Below are positions 1-13,200 of a stretch of 64,000 nt of DNA, in pieces (the first letter of the stretch is position 1; every line of letters starts with the position of its first letter). The position numbers were made by a program, and so were the translations under genes. The stretch spans positions 1 through 64,000 of the forward strand of contig JAPEUI010000064.1 in assembly GCA_026025075.1 (NCBI GenBank). Reading direction: 5' to 3'. Under the pieces are notes generated by a model. The model had not been told where the DNA came from, did not search any database, and saw only the letters and a program-made list of their open reading frames with translations. The DNA comes from Vezdaea acicularis (lineage: Eukaryota).

Positions 1-1116
1 GTCGTCTCTCGCCACGGGCTCCGGTCATCTCGGCGGCGCGCGTGGTGAAACGAGTCGGTGCCGGCGTTGGGAAATGGAGCCAAGCGGGAGAGACCCTCTC
101 GGCACGCGAGATTTCCCCCCCCCCCCCCCTCCCCTCTCCTCTCTCGGCCGAATCAGATTGAGGCTTATTCAGGGTCGTTCCTTCTCCTGCTGAGGCGGCG
201 GGCGGTCAGGTGAGGTCTCTGCTGGTTGGTTTTTTGCGCTTGGCGATGTCGCGGAGGGAGATTGTTGAGGCGTGGCGGGTGGATGGTGGTGCCTTTGCTG
301 TCAAACCGACGTTTCCATGCTGGCCACGCATGGAGTTGTGTCTGATGTCGGCTTACTTGACTTGGCCTCGCAATGCGCTGTCACGTTTCGTCTTCGACAA
401 AAGCCCCAAAGCCTCTCTTCCAGAACGGAGCAATCGATTGCGGTCGGCTGGAGGCAGCCGGCCCGGCGTTGACAGGTGTCGTGTGCCAGCTCCGGCTGAA
501 ACGCGCCCTGGTCGGTCCGAGATAACGTCGTGGGTTTCCCGGGGAGCCGTCCATTCGGCGGGAAAAGAAAAGGGCGTGGCCAATCAGGACCTTTGGCGTG
601 CGGGAAGGATATGGGTGCAGGCAAAAGGAATGGCTGCAGCGGTGGGAAATCTCCAAGAGGAAGGCCGCGAAAGAAAGGGATCGGCGTTGGATTTTTTTGC
701 TTGAAATGCAATCTTTGCAGGCGTCCTCCCCATACCTCGGACCCATCGTGATGCGAGTGCGTTGGCCTCGTTCTTGTGAGGTCAAGATGAGCGTGAGAGG
801 TGAGGAGTGTCAGCCACCTGTGACGAGACCAGATTAATTCCTCAGTCTGCCGGGCCATCATCGCTCACGCCGAATGCCACTCTAATTAGCTCTTGCGATG
901 CCCTGACCGGCCGTCCACCCCCCGTCTCACCATCGCCAGCATCGTCATCTCACGCGTCCCGACCAATTTTGAAGCTCCACCGAACCGACGATCCCCAGGA
1001 GCCATCAGCTTTTTTTTCTGTAGCGTTCGCTTTCCTTCGCCGCGAGTACGGGCGACGGCAGCGACGGGGGGCGCCGTGATGCAAGGTCGCGCCGGGTGGG
1101 GTTTAGCGCCAGGTAC

Positions 1117-1164
1117 GCGGATGCTTGGCGGATGCTTGGCGGATGCTTGGCGGATGCTTGGCGG
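1117..1164. repeat. 11-bp perfect tandem repeat (GCGGATGCTTG)x4 plus GCGG
   Basis: Read directly from the sequence. Confidence 0.95.
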
Positions 1165-2461
1165 CCGCCAATCGACGTATCCACCGGCCTTGGCGGGTCC
1201 CCTGCCCCCTCCCCCCCCTGAATGGACGGGCTCCCTCGTCGACGGCCTGGATGCCTTTGGGATGCACGGGATTTTCTTTTCACGAGCGTCCGGGGAATAA
1301 GAGGGATTGCGAAGGGGACGGCAGCACGGGCGCAGAATCCACAGAGCGGCCGTGCCGTGACGATCTCGCACCTGGCTAAATGTAAAAAAGCTTCGGCTGA
1401 CGGATGGGCCCCATCTCGCGTACGCGCCAGGCTCGCCTTGTGCACAAAACAAACGTGAGCAGGACGAGCGACCGAGCGGGCGCGCACGAACGACGAACGA
1501 CAGAGAAGGGTTTGTGCTTCACCGCAGCTCATCAACGGCCTCGACATCATACAACGTGCGACAATCTCTCCACGTCGCTTGCGCCCAGTCGTTCCGCCGT
1601 GCGGTAGCCCGGGCGCGACGGCGCCGTCTAGCTTTCGACGGGCGTCTCGCCGTCGCGGTGCTGGCCAGCAGGGAGCCAGACCGTGGCCTCCCACCGTCCC
1701 CCCCGCAAATTCGGTGGCCGCCGCACCAGCAGAACCGACGCTCCCTTGCAATTTCATCTCGCGCCCACGCAAGGGGGGAGGAGACGCCGCGTCGATGATT
1801 AACGGTCGACCAGCAGAGCCAGGCCACCTCCCTGACACCGGCCGGCTGCACTAAGACGAGACCAGGATGGGCGGGCCCAGCGCCCAATTCTGCCCTCACG
1901 ACGTGTAGGGGGGCTGCACTCTGCCCTGTCCCGGGGGGGGGGGGTGTCCAGCCAAATTCCCGCTCTTATCATGCCTCCACTCCCCTTACCATAGCCGCTT
2001 CTCTTTCCTTCTCTTCTCTTCCTCTCTCCTCACCCTCATCGCCAGGTCTTCAAACACATTCATTCTTCCTTTGCTTCCCCTCGCATTGAATTCATTCAAG
2101 TCCCTTGAATCGCACTTCACTCTCTTAGTGCATTCAGGCTTGTCAGTCCTTCCTTTCACTCCTGCTACCCGCTGTTTCGTGCCGCGCACAATACCCTTTG
2201 TTCACGACATTATTCACTCTACGAAAGAGAAACTATCCATATCAGACAGCAGTGCTGCGTATCTTAACGTCAAACCACCCTTTTCTGCTCCTCCGTCGAG
2301 ACAGAATCACGTACCCAAGCATCACCACTGCCGTTTGCTTTCCTGGAGAACAGCAAGCTACAACCCCCAATACAAGATTTATCAAATCTATCACGATCAT
2401 TATCCAACTGAAGACTTTGGAGATCTGAGATCCCCAACTCCCACACCAAAACACAGTCAAC

Positions 2462-3317
2462 ATGCGTACCTCAACCGTTGTTGCCTCTCTCTTCGCCGGG
2501 CTTGCTCTCGCCGGCCCCATCAACAGGCGTGATGTCGTCGAAGTCGTCGAATGGCAGACCGACGTCGTGACCGTCACCGCCGGCCAAGCTCCGCCCCCTA
2601 CGATCGTCACCGTCACTGCCGGCGCTCCTCCTCCACCAGCTCAGACCACTGAGACTCAAGCGCCAGCTGCCTTCTACGCCTCGCCCAGCTCCAGCTCGCA
2701 GGCACCCGCACCGGCTGCAGCCACTCCGGCCGCCGCGCCAGCCACCGGTGGATCCCCACCGTCGGGCTACAACGACCTCGCGCTCTGGCATCACAACCAG
2801 CATCGCGCCAACCACTCGGCGCCGGACTTGACCTGGTCCGATGCCCTCGCCTCGACCGCCCAGAAGATTGCTAGCACCTGCAACTACGCTCACAACGTGT
2901 ACGTATATAATCCAACGTCTTGCATTGGATATTGAAACCCGTAACTAATCTTTCCTCTACAGCGAGATGGATGGCGGTGGCTATGGCCAGAACATCGCAG
3001 CCGGCGTCGAAGCCAGCAAGATCGGAACCGTCATCTCGGACATGTTCTACAATGGCGAAGTCGGCTACTACCAAGGCATGTACGGCTCCGAGCCCAACAT
3101 GGCCCAATTCGAGAACTGGGGCCACTTCTCCCAGATCGTCTGGAAGGACACCACCACCGTCGGCTGCGCCACTCAATCCTGCCCCAGCCTCGCCGGCGTC
3201 GCCTCCGACTGCCCACCCATCTTCACCGTCTGCAACTATGGTCCTGCTGGCAATGTTGGGGGCATGTACGCCGCCAATATCCTCGCTCCCAAGAACCTGC
3301 CCACCGTCAGCGGGTAG
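2462..3317 (+). CDS. Secreted CAP/SCP (PR-1/Pry1-like) protein; 2 exons, intron 2899-2962
   Basis: Signal peptide MRTSTVVASLFAGLALA, Pro/Ala/Thr linker, HHNQHRANH..LTWS..LA..A, YGQNIA, GHFSQIVWK and VCNYGPAGN CAP motifs; GTACGT..CTAAT..CAG intron joins the two ORFs in frame. Confidence 0.93.
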
Positions 3318-5054
3318 AGAGCGCGCGCGCGCTTCGACCTTTTCTTCTCTTGTCAATTCTAGGGAAACGCTCGTGAGGTGGGTGGAGGGCAAAGGGGGGA
3401 AGGGTGCATGGTGGTGGTGGTGGTGGGTTTAGCATTGCAAGCGAGCGCAGTCGGGCCTCAAAACATCCTTTTTTTCTGTACATTATTCATCACCTCCCTC
3501 CCCCACCCCGATCTGGTCACCGGGAACGGAAAAAAGGCTTGATACAACGTCTGGTTACCGCGTATCGAGCCTGGAACCTTCCTCCAACATCATATCAGGG
3601 TTTCCGGGGAGGGAGGACGCAAGGCAAGAAAATATATATATCTTCATGCGGCCCATTCATTCTTTCTTTCTTTCCTTTTTTGTTCCCGCTCCCGTGCATT
3701 CCTTGACAGCTGCTGCGGCCTGCGCCTGCCCGCACGAAACGTGCCATGCTTTGCTTTTCTCCGCCGGAGAGATACCCTTTCCTCCCCCCGCCTACCGTCG
3801 CTCTCTACCCCGTGGACATGATACCTGATACATTTAATCACCGCAATCTTCCCCCCTTTCCCGTCCGTGCAGACTCAGCCTCAGCCCTCCCTCTGCGCTT
3901 GAGCTTGAGCTTGGGCTTTGGGCTTGGGCTTGAACTTGATGGACGAGCGGGATTATCTGACTACCTGACCGGCCCCTTGGATGCGTTGAGTGAGATGCTT
4001 GAGCCACCGCGTGAGCCACCGTGCGGATCTGCCCTTGAGATTTGGGGGGAAATGCTGGGTCAGATGAGATGGTGGGTTGGCTGTGCGTTTCGCTGGGAGG
4101 GGGGCGTGGATGTGGGGTTGTGGGGTCGCGCGGAATGGGCTTGGGAGAGCGCGGGAGAAGGGGTAGGATGGTAGGGGCTCCAGGGTTGACTGGGGGAAAG
4201 CGTGATCCGTGAGCAGCGGATGGGATGGGTGAATATGCAGTCGATTTTCATTCCTGGGACATATGAAAGGGGAGGGGAGGGAGATGACACGGTTCTTCTG
4301 GTCATGTCGTGCTTTTCTCGCGGTTGTTTGTCTCTTGGAGTTGGTCGGCTTTCTAGCTGGGTTTTTCCGGTGCGCGTCAGCGAGGTTGTTCGGGTTGGAG
4401 GTGGGACAGGTGGGGTTTTTATTGGTGAGTTTCTGCTAGTACGTGTGAAACGGGTTACATGGGACTATTCTGGAGTTTTTGTGTATTTTTCTATGTGGTT
4501 GTTCCGATTTTATTGCAACTTGATGACTTTTGAAGTTGGACCATTCCCGGGTCAGCTTTCTAAGTTGTGCACCATTGAGGTTGATGATGTGAAGAAACGG
4601 ACGCCACCTTCCATAGAACAACCACAATATCTTCTGATAACCATGGAGATAAGGCTAGACTATCACAAACTATTTGCTCATGCATTTATGCTTTATATTT
4701 TGTCCACCAAGAACTTCCTTGATTTCATGCGCAGGCGTCGTTCTTGATCTCTTCTCTCAAGGCCCCTGGGACGGATCTCGCTTGGGCTTAGCGCGGTCGA
4801 CGTCTAATGTGTCACCGGCAGACCACTCATGCCCCTCTTGCTCCTGCACCTCCCGGTCCCTATACCTACTCCAACCCCTCGGGGGTTCTCCTTCCAGCAC
4901 ACCTACACATCACACAGCAAGGGGGAGAAAACTTGAGCATCAATCGCCGACCCCTCCCCCCAACCAAGCCCACGCAGCCAAGAGAGCGAGAGAAAGAGAA
5001 CGACGAAAGTAGCGTACTGCTCGAGGACTACCGCGGACGTCGCCTCCGGACGTC

Positions 5055-7753
5055 ATGTCGAATCCGCCCGCCACGCTCCCCCCGTCCAAATCCGCGAGCG
5101 CGTCCTCGACTCAGTCCGCCCCGCCCTCGCAGCCGCAACACTCGCTCTCGCCCGGTCCCGAGGGGGGATATCCCCAGCGCCGTGGGGGCGGCTCCGGGAG
5201 TTACGGTGCGGGGTCTGCGGCTAGGAGCGCCAACGCGTCGGGGGTCAGGAGCGCCCAGGCGGCGAGGAAACAGCATCGGAACCTCAGGAGGCCGAGGTTG
5301 GAGAGTGAGGAGTTTTTCGAGTCGGTGAGTGTTTCTTGACTTTTTGTTGTGAGGGGGGTTGCGAGAGTGTATTGGGGGATTGCAAAGTAGCACCCCTTGG
5401 AGCTTATATTGCGTCATGTCTGTGACTGTATATTGGTCATATGGCAGATGAGGGAAGTCCTCGAGAGATAATTGGAGGCATAGAGCTGGATCAAGGTTGA
5501 TACTTGACACCGTTGTGGATCTGTCGTGCATATGGCCTGGGGTTTTCCTTTTCTACATTTCATGAGCGTATACACCCTTTGCGTGTCGATTGGCATTCGT
5601 ACCTTGATCTTCTGGAGCCAGAAGCTGATCATGCTCCCAGGCCGCGATGAAGTCGACGACCACCCGTAAAGGGCAGACGTCAATCACCCATTTGATGAAC
5701 TTCTCGCTGCCTCCACGCCCGCAACCTGGCCAACTCAACTTTGGTAATCGACATGGGGGGCGACGACATCCGCCTTGGGGGATGGGCTCGGGCTATCATG
5801 CTGTAGACAAAGCCAGGTTAGCAATCGCCCTTGAAATGAAAATACGTGCAATATCTCATACGCTGTAGATACGTCCATGCAAACTATCGGTTCATCGTCA
5901 ACGCGTCAGGGAACTACCACGATCAAGCCGTGGACGCGGATGTCCACCTGGAGTGGAGCTCAGTGCTTCAGATCCTGGCCTCCGCTCAATCGCAAGGCTC
6001 ATCGTGTCCGATATGCCTGTCGAACCCCGTGGCGCCACGGATGGCCAAATGCGGTCACATCTTTTGCCTCCCTTGCCTTATACGGTACATGCATTCGACC
6101 GACGACGCGAATCCAGTGCCCGAGAAGAAAGCTCGCTGGAAGAAGTGTCCGATATGTTGGGACAGCATATACCAAAATGAAACTCGCCCAGTGAGGTGGT
6201 TTACCGGGCAGGAAGCCAATCCACCACGAGAAGGGGGAGATGTCGTTCTGAGACTCATTCGGCGCGAGCCTGGAAGCACGCTCGCCCTGCCCCGGGATGG
6301 GGCAGATGCTCTCCCGAAGACCGATGAGATCCCCTGGTACTTTGCTGCAGAGGTGATGGACTACGCTCGCGTCATGAAGGGTAGCGAAGACTACATGACT
6401 GAGCAGTACAACCTTGAGATTGAGGAGCTTCGAGTTCAGGAGCAAGAGGATGAGTTGATGTTTGGCGAAGACACGGAATGGACTAGGAGGGCGATGAACG
6501 CGATCCGAGAGGCCAGAGAACACCTCAAAGGGATCGGGAACCCACCTGCTATGCCTCAACATCCAGTTGAGCGAAAGCCAAGGAAATCACCGATACCGTT
6601 GAACGATGACGAGGACGAAGTACCCGAGATGTACTTTATTCAGCATGCGCTCAAGTCTGGGCAGAGCTCATCACGAGCTTTGATCCCGCAGACGGCCAGC
6701 GCTACATCCTCTGAACAGCCCAATAACCTATCGCACATCTTCCCGTCACTACAGCTATCGCCCAACACAGACTCAAGTCAACAGCTCAAACACACTGCTC
6801 CGTCCGAACGGCAGCCAAAACCAGCACAAACCGCTCCAGTCTCGTCATCTAGACCCCACACGCAACACCCTCACAACGCCCCCCACCACCCCGAATCACC
6901 CTACTTCTTCTACCAAGCCCTTCTACACTACTACCTCTCCCCCCTTGATATCCGCATTCTCAAGGCAGCATTCGGGCCCTTCTCCTCCTTCCCCTCGACG
7001 CTCCTCCCACGCGTGACGCACGTCTCCCCTCCCAGCATCATCGACGCCGACCTGCGCAAACGCGCCAAATACCTCGCCCACCTCCCCCACGGCTGCGAAG
7101 TCTCCTTCCTCGAATGCGACTGGACCGACATCGTACCCGCCGACGTCCTCGCCCAGTTCAAGCCCGAGCTCGACCGTCGAATGAAGCGGAATCGCGATAA
7201 AGAGGTCCGCGAGGAGAAAGAGCGCGTCCGGGCCGAGCGCGAGGACGACGAGAAGCGCTGGGCCGCCGCCCGAAGGAAGAGGCCCGAGCCAACTCGGGAT
7301 ACCCTCGCAGACGCCGACTTTCAACCACTCGCTGTAGCCGCCACAGCTGCTGCCAACGATGTCCACGCGGCAGCAGAAGCTTCCCCGCCGTGGAGAACGG
7401 GCAATAGACAGGGCTTCGCGCCTCTGGCCTCCCCCGGGACGAGCCCCTCCCAACCCCGCACCGTCTGGGGCACCGCCGCCGTCGCAGCACCCAGTACCCC
7501 CGAACAGGCCCCGCTCGCCGAACCCGACATGTCCGGCGACGACGGCTGGCTGCAGGGCTGGGAGAAAGACCTCTTGCTGGACGATGCGGAGGTGTTGAGT
7601 ATGCGGACAGCGCACCTGGCCGCTGCTGCCCCATCGGCGACGTCGACGGCGATGGCGACACCCCCGGCCCAGAGGCGCCCGGGACAGGCGGCGAAGAGGG
7701 GGAAGAAGAAGAAGATTACACTCATGAGCACGAATGCTAGGAGGGGTGCGTGA
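5055..7753 (+). CDS. RING-finger protein, RNF10/Mag2-like E3 ligase; introns 5325-5640 and 5817-5868
   Basis: C3HC4 RING CPIC..KCGHIFCLPC..KKCPIC; YVHANYRFIV, YFFYQ..YLSPLD and YLAHLP blocks and C-terminal KKKKITLMST recalled for the family; canonical splice sites keep the frame. Confidence 0.88.
5413..5560 (+). ncRNA. Candidate intronic box H/ACA snoRNA
   Basis: Hairpin, H box AGATGA (5446-5451), second hairpin, then ACA+TTT (5555-5560), inside a 316-nt intron; folded by eye only. Confidence 0.5.
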
Positions 7754-8468
7754 TACAGCGGGCATGTGGGCGTGGGGGAGGGGGGGATGGCATTCGATTC
7801 AGCGCGTGAGAGCGTAGATGTAGAACCGTCAGTATACCGTGCGAGATCAATATATGCGCCTGTCCCCCCCTCCTCCCTAGTCACGCGATATTGGAGAATG
7901 TGAACACGCTTTTGCTGGCATTGCGTAGACAGTGGGGTACTCCCCCCCTACCGCGGCTGAGAGAAAGGGGATACCTCCCTCTTCCTCCTCCTCCTCCTGG
8001 CGAGACTCTTCACCTGCACGCATGCATGAGTGAATGCACAAACGAACAAACGCAGGCTTCACCAGAAGAAAGGACGATGAAGTTCCCGCTTTCTGCATGA
8101 TGACTCAGGCTGTGATGGAAGTATACTCGAAAGATTCTCTGTGTGGAGCGTAGACGACAGAGTAGCTGCGTGTGGGAAAGGTCATGAGGGGTGTCGCTGC
8201 TATCCTCTTACTACGCCATCCTCTCTACGACAGACGCTTGACTCACTGGTGGATGGGTTGATAGATGGAGGACGAATCTCTACATTAACCACTTCGCTAA
8301 ACCCAACAGCCTCCCCGTGTCTCCTTTACAAATTGCCGGTCATCCGATCATGCGTACATGCTCATGTATGCATGCACGCATTGTAGCGCAAAGCCCCCAA
8401 ATCGAACCCCTGAGACCCCCCCCAAAACTGTGTGTGTGCAGATGTGTGCGCCCAATCCAGCGTTCCCC

Positions 8469-9418
8469 CTAACAGCATTTCCCCGACTTCTGCTCGGCGT
8501 CGGAGGATTTGCTGATTTCAAGGACTTTACGCTCGCCGATGGGGTTTTGGGCCCCGTCGGTGTTTTCGAGGGATTTGGAGGAGACGATGCGGTAGATTTC
8601 TGGGGGGGGTGGGGGTTAGCGGGCTCCGCTCAGTGGGGGAGGGGAAGGGGTTGCATAGGAAGAGGGCAGCCGCGAGATGGGATGCTATCTTCACCCAAGG
8701 CACCGGAAAGCTTGGGGCATACCTGTCAAGATGTTTTGGAATGCGAGCTCTACGCCGCTAGCTTCAAGGGCAGAGGTTTCCATGAACATGAGTTGATTCT
8801 CGGCTGGGTAGATTCCACGTTAGAGAACCAACTCTGTAGTAGAAGTGGAAAGGGTGTACTTACTGGCGAACTCCTGAGCATCGGCCGTCGTCACAGCCCT
8901 CAGATGTCTCAAATCAATCTTGTTCCCGACCAACATGATGACGATATTCGAATCAGCATGATCTCGTAGCTCCTTCAACCACCGCGTGACATTCGTGTAA
9001 GACTGTGGCTTCGTGATATCGTATGCAAGCAAAGCTCCGACAGCGCCCCGATAATACGCCGAGGTGATCGCCCGGTATCGTTCCTGGCCCGCCGTATCCC
9101 AGATCTGGGCCTTGATTGTCTTGTCGTTGACGGAAATGGATCGGGTTGCGAACTCCACGCCGATGGTCGACTTTGAATCAAGGTTGAATTCGTTGCGTGT
9201 GAATCGACTCAGCAGATTGGATTTTCCAACGCCGGAGTCGCCGATAAGCACGACTGCTCGCGAGGGTCAGTATGTTGGGACTTATATGCTGGACGAGGTT
9301 CAAGGGAGCTCGAGGAATTTAGGCTACCTTTGAAGAGGAACTGAAAGTCTGTGTGTCAGCTTGAATATCCCTAAGAGATCAAATACGGATTGCTCACATC
9401 ATACTCGTCATTAGCCAT
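8469..9418 (-). CDS. YPT31: Rab11 family GTPase (Ypt31/Ypt3/RabE); 5 exons
   Basis: [66 protein letters not shown]-terminal KCC. Confidence 0.97.
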
Positions 9419-10261
9419 TATTAAAGGCAGTGAGGTACGGGTAGATCAGGATATGAGGAAGATCAGATCTGGCAGAGTTGCGGTGATTCAAATACTCAGG
9501 GCGTGCTCTTAGACGAACTACGTTGCTGCGCTACCAGGGACACCGGACAAAGAAGTTTGGGTTCGTGGCGTGCAGATGGGTTTCCAGTTTTGGTAGAGCG
9601 GTGAGCAGCGGGGTTCGAGTGCAAGAGAGTTTGGAAGTTTGGGTGGTCCAAACGTTAGTTCACGGCCTTGAAATTCTGCCAGTTGGAGCGGCCCATGCGA
9701 CTGCCGGGCTTCACTCGTGGTGTTTGGCCTTCACCGTTCTGGCGTCTATTGCCGCTTTTCAATGGCTTGACGCTAACGTTAAGGCGGCGCCGAATATAAG
9801 TTTTCGGTTCGCCCGTTAAGTAACTACAACGCATTTTGATATTGTTCGTAGAGTTAACATACACGAATTGTGTAGTTCAATTTCTGACGCTTCGGGCTGG
9901 TTTTTTGCCGTGGTAAACTATCGAGCTCATGTTCCGGTCATGAAGAACAGGAAGTGGCGAATAAGTGGGCAATTGAACAGGACGCTGCACTGGGACTGTG
10001 GCTAACGCTTGCGCGTCTGTCAGGGAGGTTTGGAGGATACGGGGGTCAGTAACTTGATTCATTGACTGCTCAGCAGGCAGATTCATATTCTATTAGTCCA
10101 GAGTCCTCCTTTGCTCGGTTGCTAGGCGTAGAAGACGTGAGGACCCGGCTAATGCAAATCTGCGCAGCCACACCCTCTTTGCTTACCACCCTAATTTCAC
10201 CCACTCACCACCACCCTCTCTTCACGGACCCATCTCTGCAATCCCGTAAGCTCCGTCGATC

Positions 10262-13200
10262 ATGGCAGACAAATCCGATGGTGGGGAGTCTGCTCGTGCG
10301 CATACCTATCCTCCAGAAGAGAACTTTTCTTCCAGCAATGACGAGCAAGTACCAGAATACGACGTCGAGAAGATCCTCGCTGAGCAAGCAGACCCTGATG
10401 AACCATCTATTATCAGATACCTAGTTAAGTGGGTGGGATATCCCTTGGCAGAGGCAACTTGGGAACCTCCTGAGAATTTTATGAACCCAGAGACCTTTCT
10501 TGAATGGGCTGAGGAGAAGCAACGTATTGCAGATGGTCTTACACCAGCGTTCAACGTGCAAGAATATGAAAAAGCTCTCAAGCTAGCGGCTGAAGAGAAC
10601 GGGGACATTGCTGATGAAGCTCCTATATCGGAGGCGTCTGAGGCTAGCGATATCTTGGACGCTTTTGATCGTTCCTACAATTCTACTCGTAAGAAGAGGA
10701 AGAAGCTGGCTAGAAAGAAGTGCTATGAGGATGAGCTAGATTCGTTGACCGATGATTCCATGGCTGAGGAGCTTGTACAGCGTCAATTGAAGAGGAGACA
10801 GATTAAGAAAAAGCCTAAGGAGGTCAAGCCAGAAAACGTCGAGAAAGATGTAAGCCTGTTTGTGTTGCTAGATAGCATTTGGTGCTCAAAGCTTACCTGG
10901 TCGCAGCCCAGGCATCTGTATCCTCGTGTTATCACAGAACTAGACGAATCGGAAAGAAGGCGCGAAGAGGAGAGAGCTCAGCAGGCCTTTTTCGCTGAAC
11001 GTAAACGTGCTGCTGAAGAGCGCCTCACAACTACTGGCGACGTCATTGCAGAGGGTAGTACCCATGGTGTTCCTAATTTTCCACGGGGCAGTATGGCTCG
11101 TCGAGGGTATCCACCTCGTGGGCGAGGGAGAAATATGGGTAGACGAAGTGCAAGAGCGAGAGTGTCGAAAGACCCGATCATATCTCCGGCTAAAAAAGCT
11201 GATTCGCGGTCCAGCTCCACTGGCTTTTCTATAAGCTTGAGAGGCAGACGAAAGTCGGAATTGCGTGGTAGAGATAGACCGCCTCCCAATCTGGATGGCC
11301 TGACTCTGTACAAAGCTTCCACCGGGGAAAAAGTCTCAGGGCCAGCTAAAGATCCAACTAAAGATCCAGCTAAAGATCGACCGATTGACACTGAGGCCAC
11401 AACACAGACCGAAAAACCCCAATGGGGAGGATACGATTCTCATGCTTCCAGCTTTGAACATTTTGGAGGTTTCGATGGTACCTCTTCGAACAGTGACAGG
11501 GTGCAGCCAGAGGTAATTGACCACAGTGTGTTCAAAGATCAGCAAAGAAGCCCAGAAGTGCATACGGCAGCTCCTCAGTCAACCAGGGCCCCTAGACCTC
11601 CCAAACAGCCACTGAATGGTGCATCATCGCAACTCCAAAAGTCTCTTACTTTGGCTGCAGAAGTTCCAAACCCTGATCGTCCTCGATCGCCAGGAAATCT
11701 CCGTGACGAGCCACGTCCACCGCAACAAAATTGGGAGGATCCACACAAAGCATTGAATCAAACGGACGCTCGACCAAGTACAGAAGTAAAACTCTCGTCA
11801 CCAGAAGACAAGATGGCACTGGGTCGGGAATCTCTGCAGCCCGGCGGCCTGATACAAACTGCATTTGCTTCTAATAAGCAACACTTGAATGTCAGAGGGC
11901 CGCCTGCTCGTCATATGCCCTGGACGAACATTATCCTCAAAATAGCAAAAGCTGATTTCTTGGTCGGCACTGTCAAATTGAGTTCGGACCTGACCGGAGT
12001 TACAGCTTTTATGTTCGGCGACTCTCAAATACCACTCGTGGAGCTTGAAGCAGCTGTCTACGCCGAGGATGTGAAAAATGAAATTGTAAGTCATACTTCC
12101 AGCTCAACCTTTGGCCTTGCAATTTTAGCGTCTTCTGGACCATCACTCTCTTGAAATTTGTCGGCTATTGCTTATACTTCCGTATAGAGAGGGCTCGAAC
12201 CATTAGTGGCCGGCGATGTTGTTCCAAGTACCCAATCTCAAAACCCTGTCATGGATATATGCGAGACCATGAGAGCGCACCAATCTGCATTTGTGGCACT
12301 TAACCCACAGTACACTCTCATAATGTACCCCATAGGAATATCCACATGGAGCTTTTTTGACTCGATATCCCCGGCAGTCGAGGGCGCACTGATGAGGTAT
12401 CGCCTCTACACTCCCATGCAGTATTCCCTCATCGAGTATAAAGAAGAGGATACCAATATCCGTCTTACGGATCGGTCTTTTGTAGACGTAACCGAGTTCC
12501 TTGATTCCGTAAGTATTCACTACGAAACACTGCCGTCACGTTCTAATAGTGAGGAACAGATTAACAATACCATTGTATTCCTCAACTACCCAATGACGAA
12601 CAACGAGGAATTGATCGAGAAAAAGCTGATAGGTCAGTGCTTGGCGTTAAAAGGCGCTCGAGTGATATTCAGCGGCCAGGAGCAGGCTTGGATTGCCTTT
12701 GTTCGAAATCCAGAGGGCGGCGTAGTACTTGTAAGTTGTTTCAGCAGCTGTATTTCTCCGGTCGTTGGATTTCCTCCCCTTTCATGTTGCGCAAATTATT
12801 CATCTTCCAATTCAAATAAGTATGAATTATTTACTCACCAAATAATAGTCGAAGCCAGGGTGGACAATCTACTGCGACCAGCCATGCTTACGTGACGCAC
12901 TGCTGAAGAAGATTCGATTTCATGAGGTTGGAATCGACAATCTCCAAACCTGGAATTGTTTGACAGAGAAAGTAGAAGATCATATCCAGCTCGTGAAAGA
13001 GAACCTCTTTGTTGGAGGTGGAACTTTCCTCATGATTGAGGATACCATAAAGAGAGAGCCAAAGAAGGCGAGGGATATTCTCAGATGGTATAATAAGGTC
13101 ACTGCCGAAATCCCTGACCAATGGACCATGTTTGCTCGGCCCAATCTCATGGGCTGGATCTGGGACCAGATAAATGCCGCCTCTGGTGACTTTGACATAG

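Noticed and set aside
210..1899. Many overlapping ORFs on both strands
   Set aside because: Arg/Pro/Gly/Ala-rich translations with no domain, as expected from stop-poor GC-rich non-coding DNA
3746..4747. ORFs of 142 and 181 aa (+) and a Pro/Ser-rich minus-strand reading
   Set aside because: Non-ATG starts for the + ORFs, low complexity, no motif or coherent splice model; a lineage-specific gene cannot be fully excluded
6923..7884. Long antisense ORFs over the RING gene (also over RVB2, the aldolase and others)
   Set aside because: Shadow ORFs caused by codon bias of the sense gene
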